A model generated the notes under the pieces. It was given only the letters and a program-made list of their open reading frames with translations, ran no database searches and was not told the origin of the DNA. DNA of 64,000 nucleotides, taken from Sphaerodactylus townsendi (Eukaryota). Position numbers and translations under genes: made by a program. Below are positions 1 through 13,426 of the stretch, piece by piece. The stretch is from the NCBI RefSeq assembly GCF_021028975.2, contig NC_059440.1:30628001-30692000 (forward strand), in the 5' to 3' direction. How positions within the stretch are numbered: the stretch's first letter is position 1; every line of letters begins with the position of its first letter.

Positions 1-1435
1 GGGGGCAGTACCTGCGGAAGGCGAATCTGGGGAGGGATTCCACCTGGTATCTGTGGTATGCCACGGTACCCACCCACTGAAGCAGGAATTTTCTCCAGGG
101 AAATGAACCTCTGTGGGCTGGACATCAACTGAAATTTCAGGGGAACGCTACCCCCCACCCCCACCCCCAGCTGCTGCCAGTCAGGACTTCTCAGCCTCCT
201 TGTTCCACAACTGCTGTAGGGCAGAATTACAGAATTGCTGGGCTTTGGGTTGACACTTCCTATGATCTGGGCACACTGTGAGTGCATTTGGGCTTGCTTG
301 CGGCTGACGCAGACCTCCGCGTGGCCCAAATGATGTCTCTCTACTTGGTGGCTGGCTGTTCTCTGTGCAGTTGTTGTGCACATGTGTGTTTGAAGCCTGG
401 CATGGCCCCTGTGGGACAGTTTGTTTGTTTTGATTCATGCATGCATCGAGGTTCTCCATGACATACCCAGATGAAAAGCAAACCCGGCCCTTCTGCATTG
501 GCCTGGTGAATAACTTTGGCATCCCTTCTCGCCTTCCAAAAGACTTCCCCAAAGGCAATATAAAAGCCCCCCTGCCTTCAGACCCGGCTCCTCTTTCCCC
601 TTCTTCAGATTTGTTTTAATTTTCTGTTCAGGTATTTAATTCCCCTTTTCACACAGTTCACAGGCCCTTTTCTTCTGCCCCCATTCCATTCCTTACTTTT
701 GGCCTTAATCCCACAAGATCAGAGAGTTTAACCTTTTCAAAAAATGTGCTCCTGTGTCCACGTCGCTGGAAGGGCGTCGGGTTGCCCAAGTGGGGGGTGA
801 AATACCTGAAAAGTTGGTTTCCTATGAGTCTGCACACCCACTTCGGAGTGTTCGGGCTGAGCTCTATTTGCCAAGGTGTGGATCAAACCAAACTTAATTC
901 TGGTTCATATGTGTGTCTTGTTTCCATCTTTAAAAAAATTATTGAAGCACAGCTAGGGTGGAAATTGCTTCAACCACCTGTGTGCTGCTGGGACGATAGA
1001 GAGCTCTGAGGACATGGCGTGAGGCTGGAAAAGCAGAAGCCCCCCCCCCCCCCCCCCCCCACAACACACTTTCTAATCAGCGGAGCCTCAAAGTTCATAA
1101 AGTTGGACTTCAAGGGACCTTGCTGTAATTTCTGCCCATTTGTATGCTAAGGAGAGGGGGTGGGGTGGGGGAACAGTGACTGGAGAACCAGGCCCCCTCC
1201 CCCCCAGGACTTTTAATGACTTCATACCTTGGTTTGGAGAGCCCTCTTGGCTTAAAATTCGCATAGGGGACAGCTGAAGACCACAAGTTCTCCTGTGAAC
1301 CATCCTGTCCAGGATATATCCTTTCGGAGGAAAGAAAGGCCATTGCTTTGTTCCTAGGAGGTGTAATGAAGGGTTGCAGCTCTGAGTTGGTACTTCCTGG
1401 AGATGTTAGGGCTTGAGGAGGGCTGGGTTAGGGGG

Positions 1436-1528
1436 CAGGGGTCTGCAACCTGCGGCTCTCCAGATGTTCATGGACTACAACTCCCATCAGTCCCTGCCAG
1501 CATGGCCAATTGGGAATTGTAGTCCATG
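1436..1528. mobile_element. Truncated palindromic hAT-type MITE (CAGGGGTCTGCAACC terminus), nested in an older repeat
   Basis: Same left arm and core (ggactacaactcccatcag...gccagcatggccaattgg) as the copies at 32273 and 62758. Confidence 0.8.
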
Positions 1529-3472
1529 TGAGATATCCTGGAAAACACTGCAGGTGGAGGCACGAATGAGGCCTGGAGTCCCCAAGCAACCATTTTCTCC
1601 ATCATCTGAAGATAAGCTGCAATTCCAGGAGGCTGCCAGCCCTGCCTTCCCCCTAAAAGTACCCAACTTTTTAGTGCACCAGGTCATTCATACATGCAAG
1701 TTTTCACTTGATTCTGCAGTGTGTATTCTGTTATGTATTACAGAATCCTACTTTTATTATGATTCCTAACAAACATCCCAACAACCAAAAGCTGTACTGG
1801 GAATTCTTGGATAGTCTGTTAAGGATTTAGGCATAAAATGCCAGCCCAAGGGGTGGATTTTGTCCTTCTAAATCTCCAACGTAAAAACACTAATCCAGTA
1901 CTGGGGTCGAATAGACCCCAGTTTATCCATAGTTCTAAAAAAAGGGGGATGTATTTAACAAGGACTTAACTGTAATGTAAAAATGGAACTCTGTTGAGTA
2001 TTGTTTATAGTTGAGGCTTACAAAAGCAGGATCGGGTCTCTAATGGCCCTTGTGGGGTCTGATGCTTTTCTCATGTACTTTCTCTATAAAGACAAAGATG
2101 TCGCAAGATATCCATTCAAACAAAAAATCTGGACATCTCCTTGTCCTAACTGCTCCATCCGTTCAAAAGCTGGTGGGGTCATCCAGACCCTCTCCGGTAG
2201 CTTGAATATTCAGGATCCGAACTTGGGTCCAACTGACTCCAGTGCTGTTTTTATAACGCCCTCAATTAAGAATAAGAAGTAGTGGTGGTAGTGGTGGCAG
2301 CGGTGGCAGTGGTGGTGGAGTCTCCTACAAGGACAGACAATATTTTGAAGAGGTGGCTGGCTGGGGATAGAGGGCACAGGGACTGGCGTGGAGCAAGGCT
2401 AGTGTTGCGAGGGGATTGTCTGGAAGCAAGCAGCCGAAACGAAGCAGCGGCTGGGATCTGGACGCTCAATTAAGCCCATGTTCGGCAAAGCTGTCAGTGT
2501 GTTTGGGATGGGATGCCCTAATGGATTTGACTCGGAAATCTTGACCCGCTCAGTTTTCCCTCTTTAAAACAAACCCATTAAACTTGTCAACACTCATTAA
2601 GGCTTTTAAAGGCTGAACCAAAGTCACCAGGGGGAGGTGTCTGGCTGGGGAGGGGAAACCGGTAATAAGGGGAGTGGGAGGAAACACAGCTTTTAAAATG
2701 GAGTTTTGCATGGATTTGAAGAGCTGTGGGGGGAGAAAGCAAGATGGTTTGAAGACTTGGTTTCTGCCAGGCAAAGGAGCGGATTTGGAAGAATTGCTTT
2801 TACAAAGATTGTCGTATAATTCTGAAGAACTAGATGGAGCAAAATTTTCACATTTCCTCCCAGCTTTTGCAGCATCCTGAATTTTCTTCCCAAGTGTACC
2901 AAAATAACTTCTGATATAAGTGTGTGTGTGTGGGGGGGGTGTATTTCCTGTGTCTGTAATTCATAACAGAAAATGATGGGTGAAAGAATGCTCATTTGAC
3001 TTGGAAACCTTTGCCCTCTATGAGCTAAAAGCTCCTGCCCCGGTTCTGTTCTAGCCTCTTGGTGACATTGTACGGTCAATGTGACTTGGTCAGTAATGAC
3101 AACTGAAGGCAAGGGGCTGAGGGCAGTGATTTCCATCTTCATTCTGGACTTTTTTGTCAATGAAAAGAGTAGGAAATGATGGCGCAGGGATCAGTCTGTT
3201 CTTCTGATTTGAATCTTGGTATTGACTATTGATGGGGAATTTAAATTGGCTTGTGTCTTAAATCTAGGTTGTGTCTTAAACCTCTTAATTTTTAGCTTGT
3301 GGGATTTGTTTTTTCAATGTTGTTAGCTCCCTTTAACCCTTTAGGAAGGAGGGGTGGGGTAAGAAATGCTTAAAAGAAAAAAAGATAAAATGCAAACAGG
3401 AGCAATTGGGGGTGGGGTCGGCTCAGCCATAGATCCTCCCCACAAGAGTCACACTGGTGTTTATGCACAGAG

Positions 3473-3720
3473 CAGAGCCAGTGGGATGCAGTGGCTGACC
3501 ATCAAACTAGAACCCGTTGAGGCAAATGTCTGCTTGCTGTTGGGTGACCTTTGACCTGTCAGCTTCTCAGCCTATATCTGCCTAACAAGGTTGTTGTGAT
3601 GATAAATGGAAAAGGGGAGAATTTGTTGATCCTGCCTTGCATTCCTTGAAGGAAGGAGCGGAGAATAAAAACAGGACGGTTATGTGAAGATGGCATGACT
3701 TCCAGTGTGTGCGCTGAAAT
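3473..3720 (+). mobile_element. Degenerate tRNA/CORE-type SINE
   Basis: agagccagtgg...gcagtgg head, gggtgacctt CORE-like motif, then ctcagcc...aaggttgttgtga, as in the younger SINE copies. Confidence 0.5.
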
Positions 3721-5269
3721 CAGATTTTTTTTTTTTAAATTAAGGATTTTTAGATGAGTTTTTAAAGAGCTGATTCGGAAAAGACATGGCATAGAAGATT
3801 TTAAGGGTTTATCCCTTATGTAAATAGCCTCAAAGCTTTGAACCTTTGAAAAATCCCATTGCTCTGAATTGTTCTGGAGTAAATTGGAAGATACACAAAC
3901 ACATAAGCAGTGGGAGGGGATGTTGCTAATATTCTTCAAAATTTGTGGCAAAGTGAGAAAATCCTCATTGTTCTGAAGTTTCAACATTTTTCAAACAGGT
4001 TAAAGCAAACTTGGGCATGGGTGTTCTAAACCGAGGGTAGAAGTCTGGCCCCATTTTAAAAAAAACAGTTTTATGCAGGTGACTTTATTTTTTAAAGGCC
4101 TCTCTTATTGATTATTCTTTGCTTCTCAGATGGGCGGTAGATTTTTATCTTTATTTGTCAAAATAACAAAGGGGTTTCAGAATTCCCAAACTACAATCAA
4201 ATCTTTTGTCATTGTTGTGAATGTTTAAATCCACTCAACCCATTTATGCCTACGGAATTGGCAATGTAAAATCCTCACTGGTAAAAAGGCACACGCCTCT
4301 CCCGTCTAGTTCATTTTGTGCGCTTTTCAACCTGTGCCTTCCAGGTGAAATGATGCATCCAGCATTTAAACTGCACCCGAAATTCCAGGCAAACTCCCCC
4401 ACCCCACCCCTGCAGACAAGGAATGGGAGCTGTGCAAGGAATCTGGCTTTGGCATTTCGAGCTGAATTTTGTGTATAGATAGATGGTTTAATGAAGTTCA
4501 GTGTGACTTGCTCTGGGAAACACTCTGATGTTGTCCCAAGCAATGCTAAGAGAAAACCTTTTAAGGCCTTGATCCTAATCGCGTTTTCTTAGAAGAAAGC
4601 ACAGCTGAATTTAATAGGGCTTTCTCCCAGTCACGATTTCTCGTATCTAAACCTGGAGCCAACCAAGGGCCAATGCTTTTCCTGGGGGAATGGATGCCCA
4701 GGCATCAAAAACATGTGAGAACTTTGTCTCAAAGGCAAAGTCTGCAAAAGTGTTTTCCAACCGTCCTTGGAGAGAGGTCGAGAGAACACTGGCCAAATCA
4801 TTCCAACTTTTTAAGAAGTTGATGTTTTCATCTGAAATGTTTAGACAACAAAATTAATTTCCCTCCCTTGAATGGACTGAATAAAAATCATTCTGGAAGG
4901 GCGGACCAGGAGAAGGTAGGAAAGAGAAAGCTAACTTTTTAAACGTCCATGTGCTCTCTGAACTTTTTGTCCAAACCCGACACACTGCCTATATTTTGGG
5001 TCTTTTCTCCCACTTCTGTCAGCCAAATAAAAAATTTCCTAGGGGGACGTGGATTGGAGAAAGAGAGCATATTTCACCGGCTGTATATTTCAGCATGTCT
5101 CTTTGAATGGAAGTTTTTGTTGTGGTTGCACATGGGCTCCCCCTCCCCTTTTTTAAAGGGAATTTTCTGATGCTTTTCAACTCTTGCTACTCTTTTTGAA
5201 GAAAATCCTTCACCCCCCCTCCTCTTTTATTTTTTTTAAACCAGCCCTTCTGTTAGTTCCTCTGCTGAC

Positions 5270-5600
5270 AATGAGAGCATCAGCTATTCAACTGGATTGA
5301 TTAACTCTCCGAAAAAGTTTATTAAGAGAAGGCAAAACAAAGGCGGCAAAGGGATGCCTGCAACGGGCCAGCCAGTTATAGACTGGGCTCCATTGTCCCT
5401 TTTAAAGGCAGATGCCTGACTAGTTTTGAATGGGTTTTCTTTGGACTGACAACAGCCAGCCTCAGACACCAGGGTGTTAAAAGAGAGGAGGGTCGCTTTG
5501 CCTCCCCCGCCCCTTTCCAGCTCCCAGATCTGTTCTCCCTGCTTCTCTTTTGCATTAATGTACATCTGCAAGGGAGAAATAAAGTCCATTTTCTCCCCAC
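5270..5600. promoter_or_regulatory. Candidate intronic enhancer / conserved non-coding element
   Basis: Repeat-free block with SOX-type (aacaaag, cattgtc, acaatg), homeodomain (gattgatta, tttatta, cattaatg) and TGACA motifs. Conservation not verified. Confidence 0.4.
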
Positions 5601-8563
5601 CGCCACCCTCCCCAGCCCCCCAAGGCAAAGTTTCTTCCTCCATATGTTGCCCATCAGACCCCCAAACTTCTATCAAAATGGGGAACTGAATAGGTTTCAG
5701 CAAGACCACTCCTGAAAGAAAAAGTATGTGGGGGTTGTTTAAAAACTGAGCATCAAGTGAAGGGGGCTGGTGGGGATTGCTAGTTTTATCTTCAGTGCCC
5801 CCCCCCCAGCACACAGATGTTGATTTACATATATTGCAGGAAGCAAAAGCATTGGTTTTCTGTGGGTGCCACAAATAGTCGCATTTGCACCAGGGGCCTC
5901 TGCATGTTTCCTTGGAGGGAAGTCTTGTTGATTTCAGTAAGGCCAAAGAAGTGTTGCTCCAGTCCAGACTTAGAAGAATGTTAACCGTCCAACAGGGACA
6001 GCCCCTTCTAAATTCAAAAGTCATTCTGTGCGGGGGTGGTGGTGTTCAAGGCTAGATATACAGTATTGAGACAATTGCATCCAGTGTGGGAGATGCTCAG
6101 GTGTGTGGTTAACGAAGATGGTCAGTGGACAGAAAGCATATCCGGCTAAAGGGGCGTGATATTTGCAAAAAGCGCCCCCCCCCCCTCAGAGACAGACTCT
6201 GGAAACTTGTGGGTAACTGAGCTTGGATAATTTGAGCAACTCTGAGATTGCAAAGAGGGTGGGATGATGCTGTTATTGAACCAGGAGTTCAATCGGAGCT
6301 TAATTTCAAAGAGAGGTGCTGGAATCCCTATAAACCTCTGTATTGCCCTGGAAACCTTCATCCCCCATGGCTATGAGCAGAAGGCAGTCTGTACAAGCTC
6401 AGCTTCCCCCCCTATATCCATGTGCCCGGGGCACAGGTGGAGTTAGTAGTCATTCTTCAGAGTGGAAAGGAGTTTTCAGAGCAGCTCTGCTTTCCAAGAG
6501 GTTTACACACCTCTCTCTTATCCTTCCACCATCTATCTGTGTTGGCAAGTTTTTGAAATGACACAAACCTTTGTTTGATCTGAGGAGTGTGTGGGATGAA
6601 TGTAGGGATTTCTCTTTCAACACCCCTCCCCCTGCTGCCAAATTGTTTATCAGGGATGAGTGACTCTCCAAGGTTGTCCAGTTTTGTCCATATATCCTTG
6701 TTTCCATCTGGATTCACCCTTGTGAGAAACAAACTGGAGAGTTGTTCTTTTCACACCAATTCCTCTTTCCCCCCAGCTGAATTTGCCTCCCCTCATCAAG
6801 GCCAACGTATTTTTCAACATTATTTTTGAATCAGTTGTACATAAAGGGCACAAAGGGATCTTCGATGACAGCAGCAAGTCATCAGATTAAGGAAAACTGG
6901 TGACAAGAGATGCAGAATCAGAAGAAACAGCCTTAACCCTATCAGCTCACCCCTCTCTAGCATAAAAACTCCTGCCTCAGTTTCCCTGAAAAACTCTCCA
7001 GCCTCCGCTCTGCCTTGGCCAATCTTCCCTTTAAAATCTCCATTTTGCAAAAGGGGGGGGGGGAGCTGAGAGGGCCAAACAAAAGATCAGCTCCAAAGCA
7101 AGGAAGAAGAGAGCTTGGATCCCACCTCTCTGGCAAGCCCCCTTTCCTCTGAGTCTTAAGGGGCGGGGAGAGGATTACATCAAAAAGGGGCGGGGAGAGG
7201 ATTACAATTGCTGGAAATGTTGGTGTGTGTTTGGGGGGAAAGGGAGATCTTTTGAGCAAGAAACAGGCAGTGCTCCAATTGTCGCAGCACGGCTGGGCTT
7301 CTGTCTGCTCTTCAGTTTAATTGAGCGGCTCAGGGCAAGTCATAGTCTTGTGGTCCTAACCTACCTTACAGGGTTGTTGTGTAAGAAAATGGGACGTCCC
7401 TCATGCAGGCTGAGCTCTAGAGGAAGAAGGGCAGGACACAAATCTTACTCAAACAATTTCTTGAGGGTCCAGGGATGGGAGAGGATTGCGGAGTTCTTCC
7501 TGGGGTGGGTGGTTTCTTCTTGATGATTAGCTGGCCGTGTTGTTCTTCTGCACCTCCGCAAGAGGCTCTTTCAACAGTTAGGCAGGAGAATCGGGCAACA
7601 GCCATAAAAGAGGAGGGGAGGGAAAGGAAGCCCACCCCCCCTTTCCTCCTTCTCCCTAGAACAGTGACTATTTCATGGCTGACTAAAGGCTGCCGTTCCT
7701 CAAGGGAGATCTTTGACATATGACCCTGGTAACCTGTACTTAGCACTTTCAAAAGGGACAAGTACCCCTGCAGAGATGACCTTAGCAAGGCCTAAATTGC
7801 CAGGGCCAAGCGGGGCTATATATATTTTAAAGCAGCATCAAGAGGAAAGGAGGGGAGGAAGGATATTGAAAGTAAAACCAGAAGAGTTCCCAGCTAGGGG
7901 CACAACAGCTCAAATTAACTTGCCCAGTGGTATCCAAAATAGCATTTAACACGCCTCCCGAGTGCGTCGGAAGGGTCAAAGAGAACACAGGCTTATAATG
8001 GCGCCAAACCACATAATGCAAGGAATAATCTTGCAGGCAGGAGACAGACCATCGGAAACCTGAAAGGAAGGGGAAAGTAATGGGACTCTAGGGGGCTCAT
8101 AACCTTTTGCCTTAAAGAGACCTCAATTCTGTTCCTTTCTAGGAACCGCGAGGGACACCAGCTACATTGTGACTTTGAGTACATTGGTGTGGCCGTCATA
8201 GTCTTCATCCTCCTCTCAGGCCTATTTGCATGGCTTGTAACCAACTCACGCCGGTGATGCTTCTTCAAAGAAGTTGTGGACTTTGAGGAGTCCGCCTAGC
8301 TGATGTTTTGATGACTTAAAGACTATGCTGAGTAAGGGAGGATAAGTCTTGGGAAAGGTGGTGGAACACCAGTGTTTGGAGTCAGTCTGCATCACCTTTT
8401 TAGTCTGCAGCTTGCGGGGGAGGGGGGCGGGCACACATAAATCTCTTCCCAGCACCTGTGTGGCAGGTGAGTCTAAGATAAATCGATTGGCCCGAGTCTG
8501 AGAGTGACATGGCTGAGTGAAGGGGCCAGCCCTGGGTCTCCTCTGCCATCCACATTCTAATTG

Positions 8564-9128
8564 TAGAAAATTAAAAGGTCAACTATTGGATAGAGAGTTC
8601 TCTATTCTAATCACCGCAGCCAAGAAAACGTGCTCCCCCCTGTATTTTTCTCTCCCATTTGAACGGGGCCACTTGGCACACTACCTGTGTTGCTTAATAA
8701 ACCCTGCTCAAAGGAGAGCCATAATGCTTGCCAGGTTTAATGTTATGCCTTCTGCCTTGTTACATGGCAGATTTAATAAGCAAGAAAAGGCTAAAAGATT
8801 GTGCCCATGTAACGATGGCTCAGTTGAATCTCTGGCCCACCAATTACTACACTGTCTCAGATTCAAGGAAATCAGATCCAAGTATGTGAATCTTACTCCT
8901 TTACATTTACCCCATCTCCCCGATTTAATTAGATTACACTACTTGTTGGACAATCCTGATCCTTCTCTCTGTATGATAGTGGCAGACTTTCTCCTGGAAA
9001 TTACTAAACGACAGTAGATTTCCTTCGATCTAACATTTATTTCCTGTATTGTATATCCTTTTTAATCCGTCTTTTATTATTGTTGCACTGTTGTCTATGC
9101 CAATAAAGGCTTGCTATCTGCTATCTAT
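8564..9128 (+). mobile_element. 5'-truncated non-LTR retrotransposon (RTE-X-like): ORF2 C-terminus with zinc knuckle plus 3' UTR
   Basis: Open frame to 9017 including GRF..RLCPC-x8-H-x3-HC. AATAAA and a (ctat)-type tail. 13-bp TSD cacattctaattg at 8551-8563 and 9129-9141. Clade assignment is tentative. Confidence 0.85.
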
Positions 9129-10322
9129 CACATTCTAATTGATACAACACACTGCCTCTCTGAGGGCTTTGGGGAAAAGGCAAAAGGAAAGGATCCCAGA
9201 AAAAATGCAGAGAAATAGCTTAGAAACCTTCCTTGCCCCAAGTCTAACTGCTGCTCTATCTTCCCTCCCCCCTGTCTACCCCAAATGGCAGCAGCTCTCT
9301 AGGGCCCATAGCACAGAAAAATCTTTGCCAGCCCTTGCAAGCAGGGATCCTTGCCCTGGAGTTTGTCGCTGGGACCTGTTCAGCTATGGCCCTTGTGCCA
9401 GAAAACTGTAGAAGGCTTTCAGGATGAGTCAATGGCAGGACTGAAACCCAGTCACCGGTTTCCTACATCCAAGTCCACTTCACTGCCATAAAGTCATACG
9501 GGGTTTTTGCCACTTCCAGTCATTCATGCTTCCGTTGTTTTCATCATCATAACATTTGAAAGTTAGAGCCAATCTTTCCTACGGAACTCTCCAGGTTTTG
9601 AAGCTAGATCTTAGCGTTTGGTAGCTGGCTGCATCAGATGATAGTCTTGGCTGAAGTACTGGTGGAGTGAGTGATGTTTGTAGGACGGGAATGCATTTTT
9701 GCGATGTTCTGCTTACAGACAGGCAAGCAATCCGGGCTATGGATGAGTAGGTTTTCATTCTTCTGCTTCAGTGTCCTTCCAGACTCTCTCTCTCTGTTCT
9801 GCATTCCTCTCCTCCTCCTTTCTGGTTGAACAAGGGGATTTTCTAAAATTATTTCTGCATTTGGATCATGTGCAGTTTGAATAATCTTGCAGATAATTTG
9901 TTTCTTTATTTCCTTCTGTATCATCACATCACAGACTCATGTCAATCAGCTTGAATGCGAGCATACGGATGAGTACATTGAGTCGTTCTGTCTGGTGCAC
10001 TGCGTGCCGATGCATGTATGTGCTCCTGAGCACTCATAGATCACGCATAAAGATTCATGATACAGCCACACAAGATCACTTGTTTGCGGTGCTGGATCCA
10101 TCATCCAAGTACACAAGCATGTCAGTAATACGAAAATGCAAGTGGATAAACTATCTGGAAGATGCAGTAGCTGCCACATGGAACATTCATTCTCTAAACT
10201 TGAGGGGGAGGGGGCTAAAATGGAATAGTGGAATGGTCCTAATTCAGGGGTTCCACTTTGAGGGAAAGACCGGACCTTGAAAATCAGTGTAGAAATCTGA
10301 AGGAGAATTTTGGAAGTGCTCC

Positions 10323-10683
10323 AATTATTATATACTTATTATATAATTACTGCACTACTTTTTTCATCATTCCTATTACCCATCTCCTCCCACTTATGAC
10401 TGTATGACTATAGCCTGTGCTGACATTTTATTTTATTTTATTTTATTTTATGATTTTACATTTTATGTTTTCATTACTACTGATTGTTTCCTGATTGCTT
10501 ACTAGACCTATATGACAATCATTAAGTGCTGTACCTTATGATTCTTGACAAATGTATTTTTCTTTTATGTACACTGAGAGCATATGCACCAGAGACAAAT
10601 TCCTTGTGTGTCCAATCACACTTGGCCAATAAATATTCTATTCTATTCTATTCTATTCTATTCTATTCTATTCTATTCTATTC
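10323..10683 (+). mobile_element. LINE 3' UTR fragment (Rex1/Babar-like) with (TATTC)n tail
   Basis: ...gacaaattccttgtgtgtccaatcacacttggccAATAAA followed by (TATTC)~10 at 10634-10683. Family recalled from similar squamate repeats. Confidence 0.6.
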
Positions 10684-11894
10684 ATGACCGTTCTTGGACA
10701 TATTTTCAGGTGGGCCTGTGTCAAAGAGGCATGGTATTGAATGAAGGACAAAACCCAAACATTCCCTTGCTACCTTTTGGGCTACAGACTCCCCTCCTGC
10801 TGAAATCTGAGTGTTAGCTCCTTGGGGCAGGCACTTGTGGTAAATGCCACATGTACATCAAGAACATAACGGAGAGCATGACAGGACTGTTGTTTTTAGA
10901 GAGGTTTTCCTGTTGCACAGGGATTTCCCTCTTCTCTAAGATGGCTCTGTGCTATTCCCCCCCCCCCCCCGCTCTGTGCATGTTTTAAATGCTTCAGGCC
11001 TTTAATACTAGCTTGGAATTCATTTCCCCCCTTTTCAAAGCGTTAGACAAGAGGTCGACACCCCCAGCTGGGTCCTTCAAACTTCGAGGAGGAGATCAGC
11101 ACAATATTACTTCAATTAATTAACTCAAAAGACAAAGGGCTTTGGGGATCCCACCTTGACTTCCAGGGAGGGGATCTTGTGCTGAATTCCCCACAAATGA
11201 ACACACTGAAAGGCAGGCAGCAAGGAGACCAGAGCAGAAAGAAGTAGTATCATGTAGTTGTTTTCTGAGGCTGTTTGTATCTTGGTGTGGATATTCTCTC
11301 TTTAAAAAAAAAACTCCTCCAGCATTAAAAACTCAGCTGGGGATGTTATTTAAGGGGGGGGGGGTATTCTCTCATTGCATTTGCTGCCGAAATCAAAGCA
11401 ATTTCTGTCTCAAGGGGGAGTGCACCCAACTTCATAGCTTTTGGTGTTTTTTAAAAAAAATAAACACAGTTGTGTGTGTGCGTGTGTTTAAGCTTTTCAG
11501 GTTAAACACAACAAATCTTGGCTTTGATGATTTAAAAAAAAATGCCATGAAGAGCTACAAGCAAAAATCAAAGTCAACAAAACAAAAAGTTTTAAAAACT
11601 TGCAGTTGAAGTATTTGTGGGCATGAAGCTTTTTGAGTGGAACAGTTTCCTGAATTCTGGTGTTTGGGGGAAAACTGGTACTTCCTTTTTCGCTTAGCAT
11701 CATGGCATAGGAGCAAAATGTGCCTCTCTCAATGCCACCAACATGTCTCAATGGATCTTCTTAAGTCTTTTCACCCTGTTTTAACCTTTGTGTGTTCCCA
11801 CAGTATCTTAATCTTATTTCATGAACTACACCAAGTAAATTTAAGTATCAGCTCTTCCTAATCTTGTGTTGATTTTATCAACCAAACTCAAAGC

Positions 11895-12085
11895 CAGAGG
11901 TGGGATCCAACCAGTTCTCACCACTTCTCTAGAAGTGGTTGCTAATTTTTCTGAGCACCGAGAAGGGGTTACTAAAGCAACCTCCCTGCCCAATTGGGAC
12001 TGGAGGTGCATGTGTGCGGCGCCGCCACTGTTTGAATCCCACCACCATCGGAACCAGTTATTAAAATTTTTGGATCCCACCACTG
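11895..12085. mobile_element. Non-autonomous hAT element, about 190 bp
   Basis: TIRs CAGAGGTGGGATCCAA and TTGGATCCCACCACTG; perfect 8-bp TSD ctcaaagc at 11887-11894 and 12086-12093. Confidence 0.9.
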
Positions 12086-13234
12086 CTCAAAGCAGCTGGA
12101 AACCAACACCGTTTCCTAGTGAGTTAGTTGTCCATGCCTTCTGTGACTATTTGGGATGTAAGGCAGAGAAAGGTTTTCCCCAAAGATCCCTTAACTGGAG
12201 ATGCAGCCAGGACTGGACCTAGGCAAAGGACATGCTCAGTTGCTGGGTCACAGCCCTTCCCCATAATATCATTTTATGGGTCCACATAGAAATGTTTTGC
12301 ATGTCCTTATTTTGAAACACGCCACGCATGAAGCCATTACAGCCAGGCGACATGTGAATCAGAATCAAAACCTCCAGACAGGCCGGCCGGCCGTGCCTAC
12401 TGGTTCCCCAGAGGGCTTTGCCGAGACCAAACAATGGGGGCGGAGGATACATTTTTGGAAGAAAAGGACCTCGGAAGCCACCTGGTTCTTTCTCCCATCA
12501 GGCTCCACTTAAGTTGATGTACCTTTAAGTGAGGTGGGGCGGGGGTTTGCTGGAAAGCCTTTAGAAATGGAAATGTTGGCCAGTTGTTTATAATTTTCTG
12601 CCCCGCCAGTAACCTGAACCTGATGGAGTCAGCAAAGGTTCTAAGCCCCGGCATGTTTTCTGCCTCCAAAAATATTGGAATGAATCCAGAGCCTTTGCTA
12701 GCTAAAGATTTTTTAAAAATTGAAAGCTGCAAGGTCTAAAAGAGGCAGTTTGGCGATAGAACCTTTGGCTTACGCTGTGTCTTCATTGGGCAGCGGGAAA
12801 GCTTTTTCCAGCCTAGTCCTGTTAAAAAACACACAAATTATTATATTCCACATGGATCAACTGGAAGGAAAGAAACTGGATTCTAGCAGAATGAAATAGG
12901 CCGGCTTGAGAATGGCTGCAGGAGACAGGCCTAGAGATTTTTTTTTTTTAAAAAGAATAAGTCAATTTCCTAATTTGTCTCCTATGCAATTTTGTTTCAA
13001 TCACACGGGAGCATTTCTAAGAAAGGTCAGTTGGCTGCCCAAAAGTTGAGCAGGGCTGGTTCAGTCCAGACACCTGGGACGTGCAGTTTGGGACACTGGC
13101 GGCCAAATGCTGTTGAGTCCAGGCAGGTGGCTCAGTTCTAAGGTCTTGCAAGAAACTACCTGCAAATAGCTTTTGCTCTTCTCTTGGTAAGGTCAAACTG
13201 GGGGAGGTGGAGATGATTCCAGGTGGGTCACACC

Positions 13235-13426
13235 CAGAGGTGGGATCCAACCAGCTCTCACCACTTCTCTAGAAGTGGTTACTAATTTTTTCTGAGTGCC
13301 GAGAAGGGGTTACTAAAGCCACCTCCCTGCCCAATAGGGACTGGAGGCGCGTGTGTGTGGTGGTGCCACTGTTTGAATCCCACCAACATCGGAACCTGTT
13401 ATTAAAATGTTTGGATCCCACCACTG
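13235..13426. mobile_element. Second copy of the same ~190-bp hAT element
   Basis: Colinear with 11895-12085; TSD gtcacacc/ctgacacc matches at 6 of 8. Confidence 0.9.

Noticed and set aside
1750-2270. Possible decayed L1-type ORF2 fragments (also about 31130-31640)
   Set aside because: Composition is suggestive, but no diagnostic motif could be read; needs a profile search.
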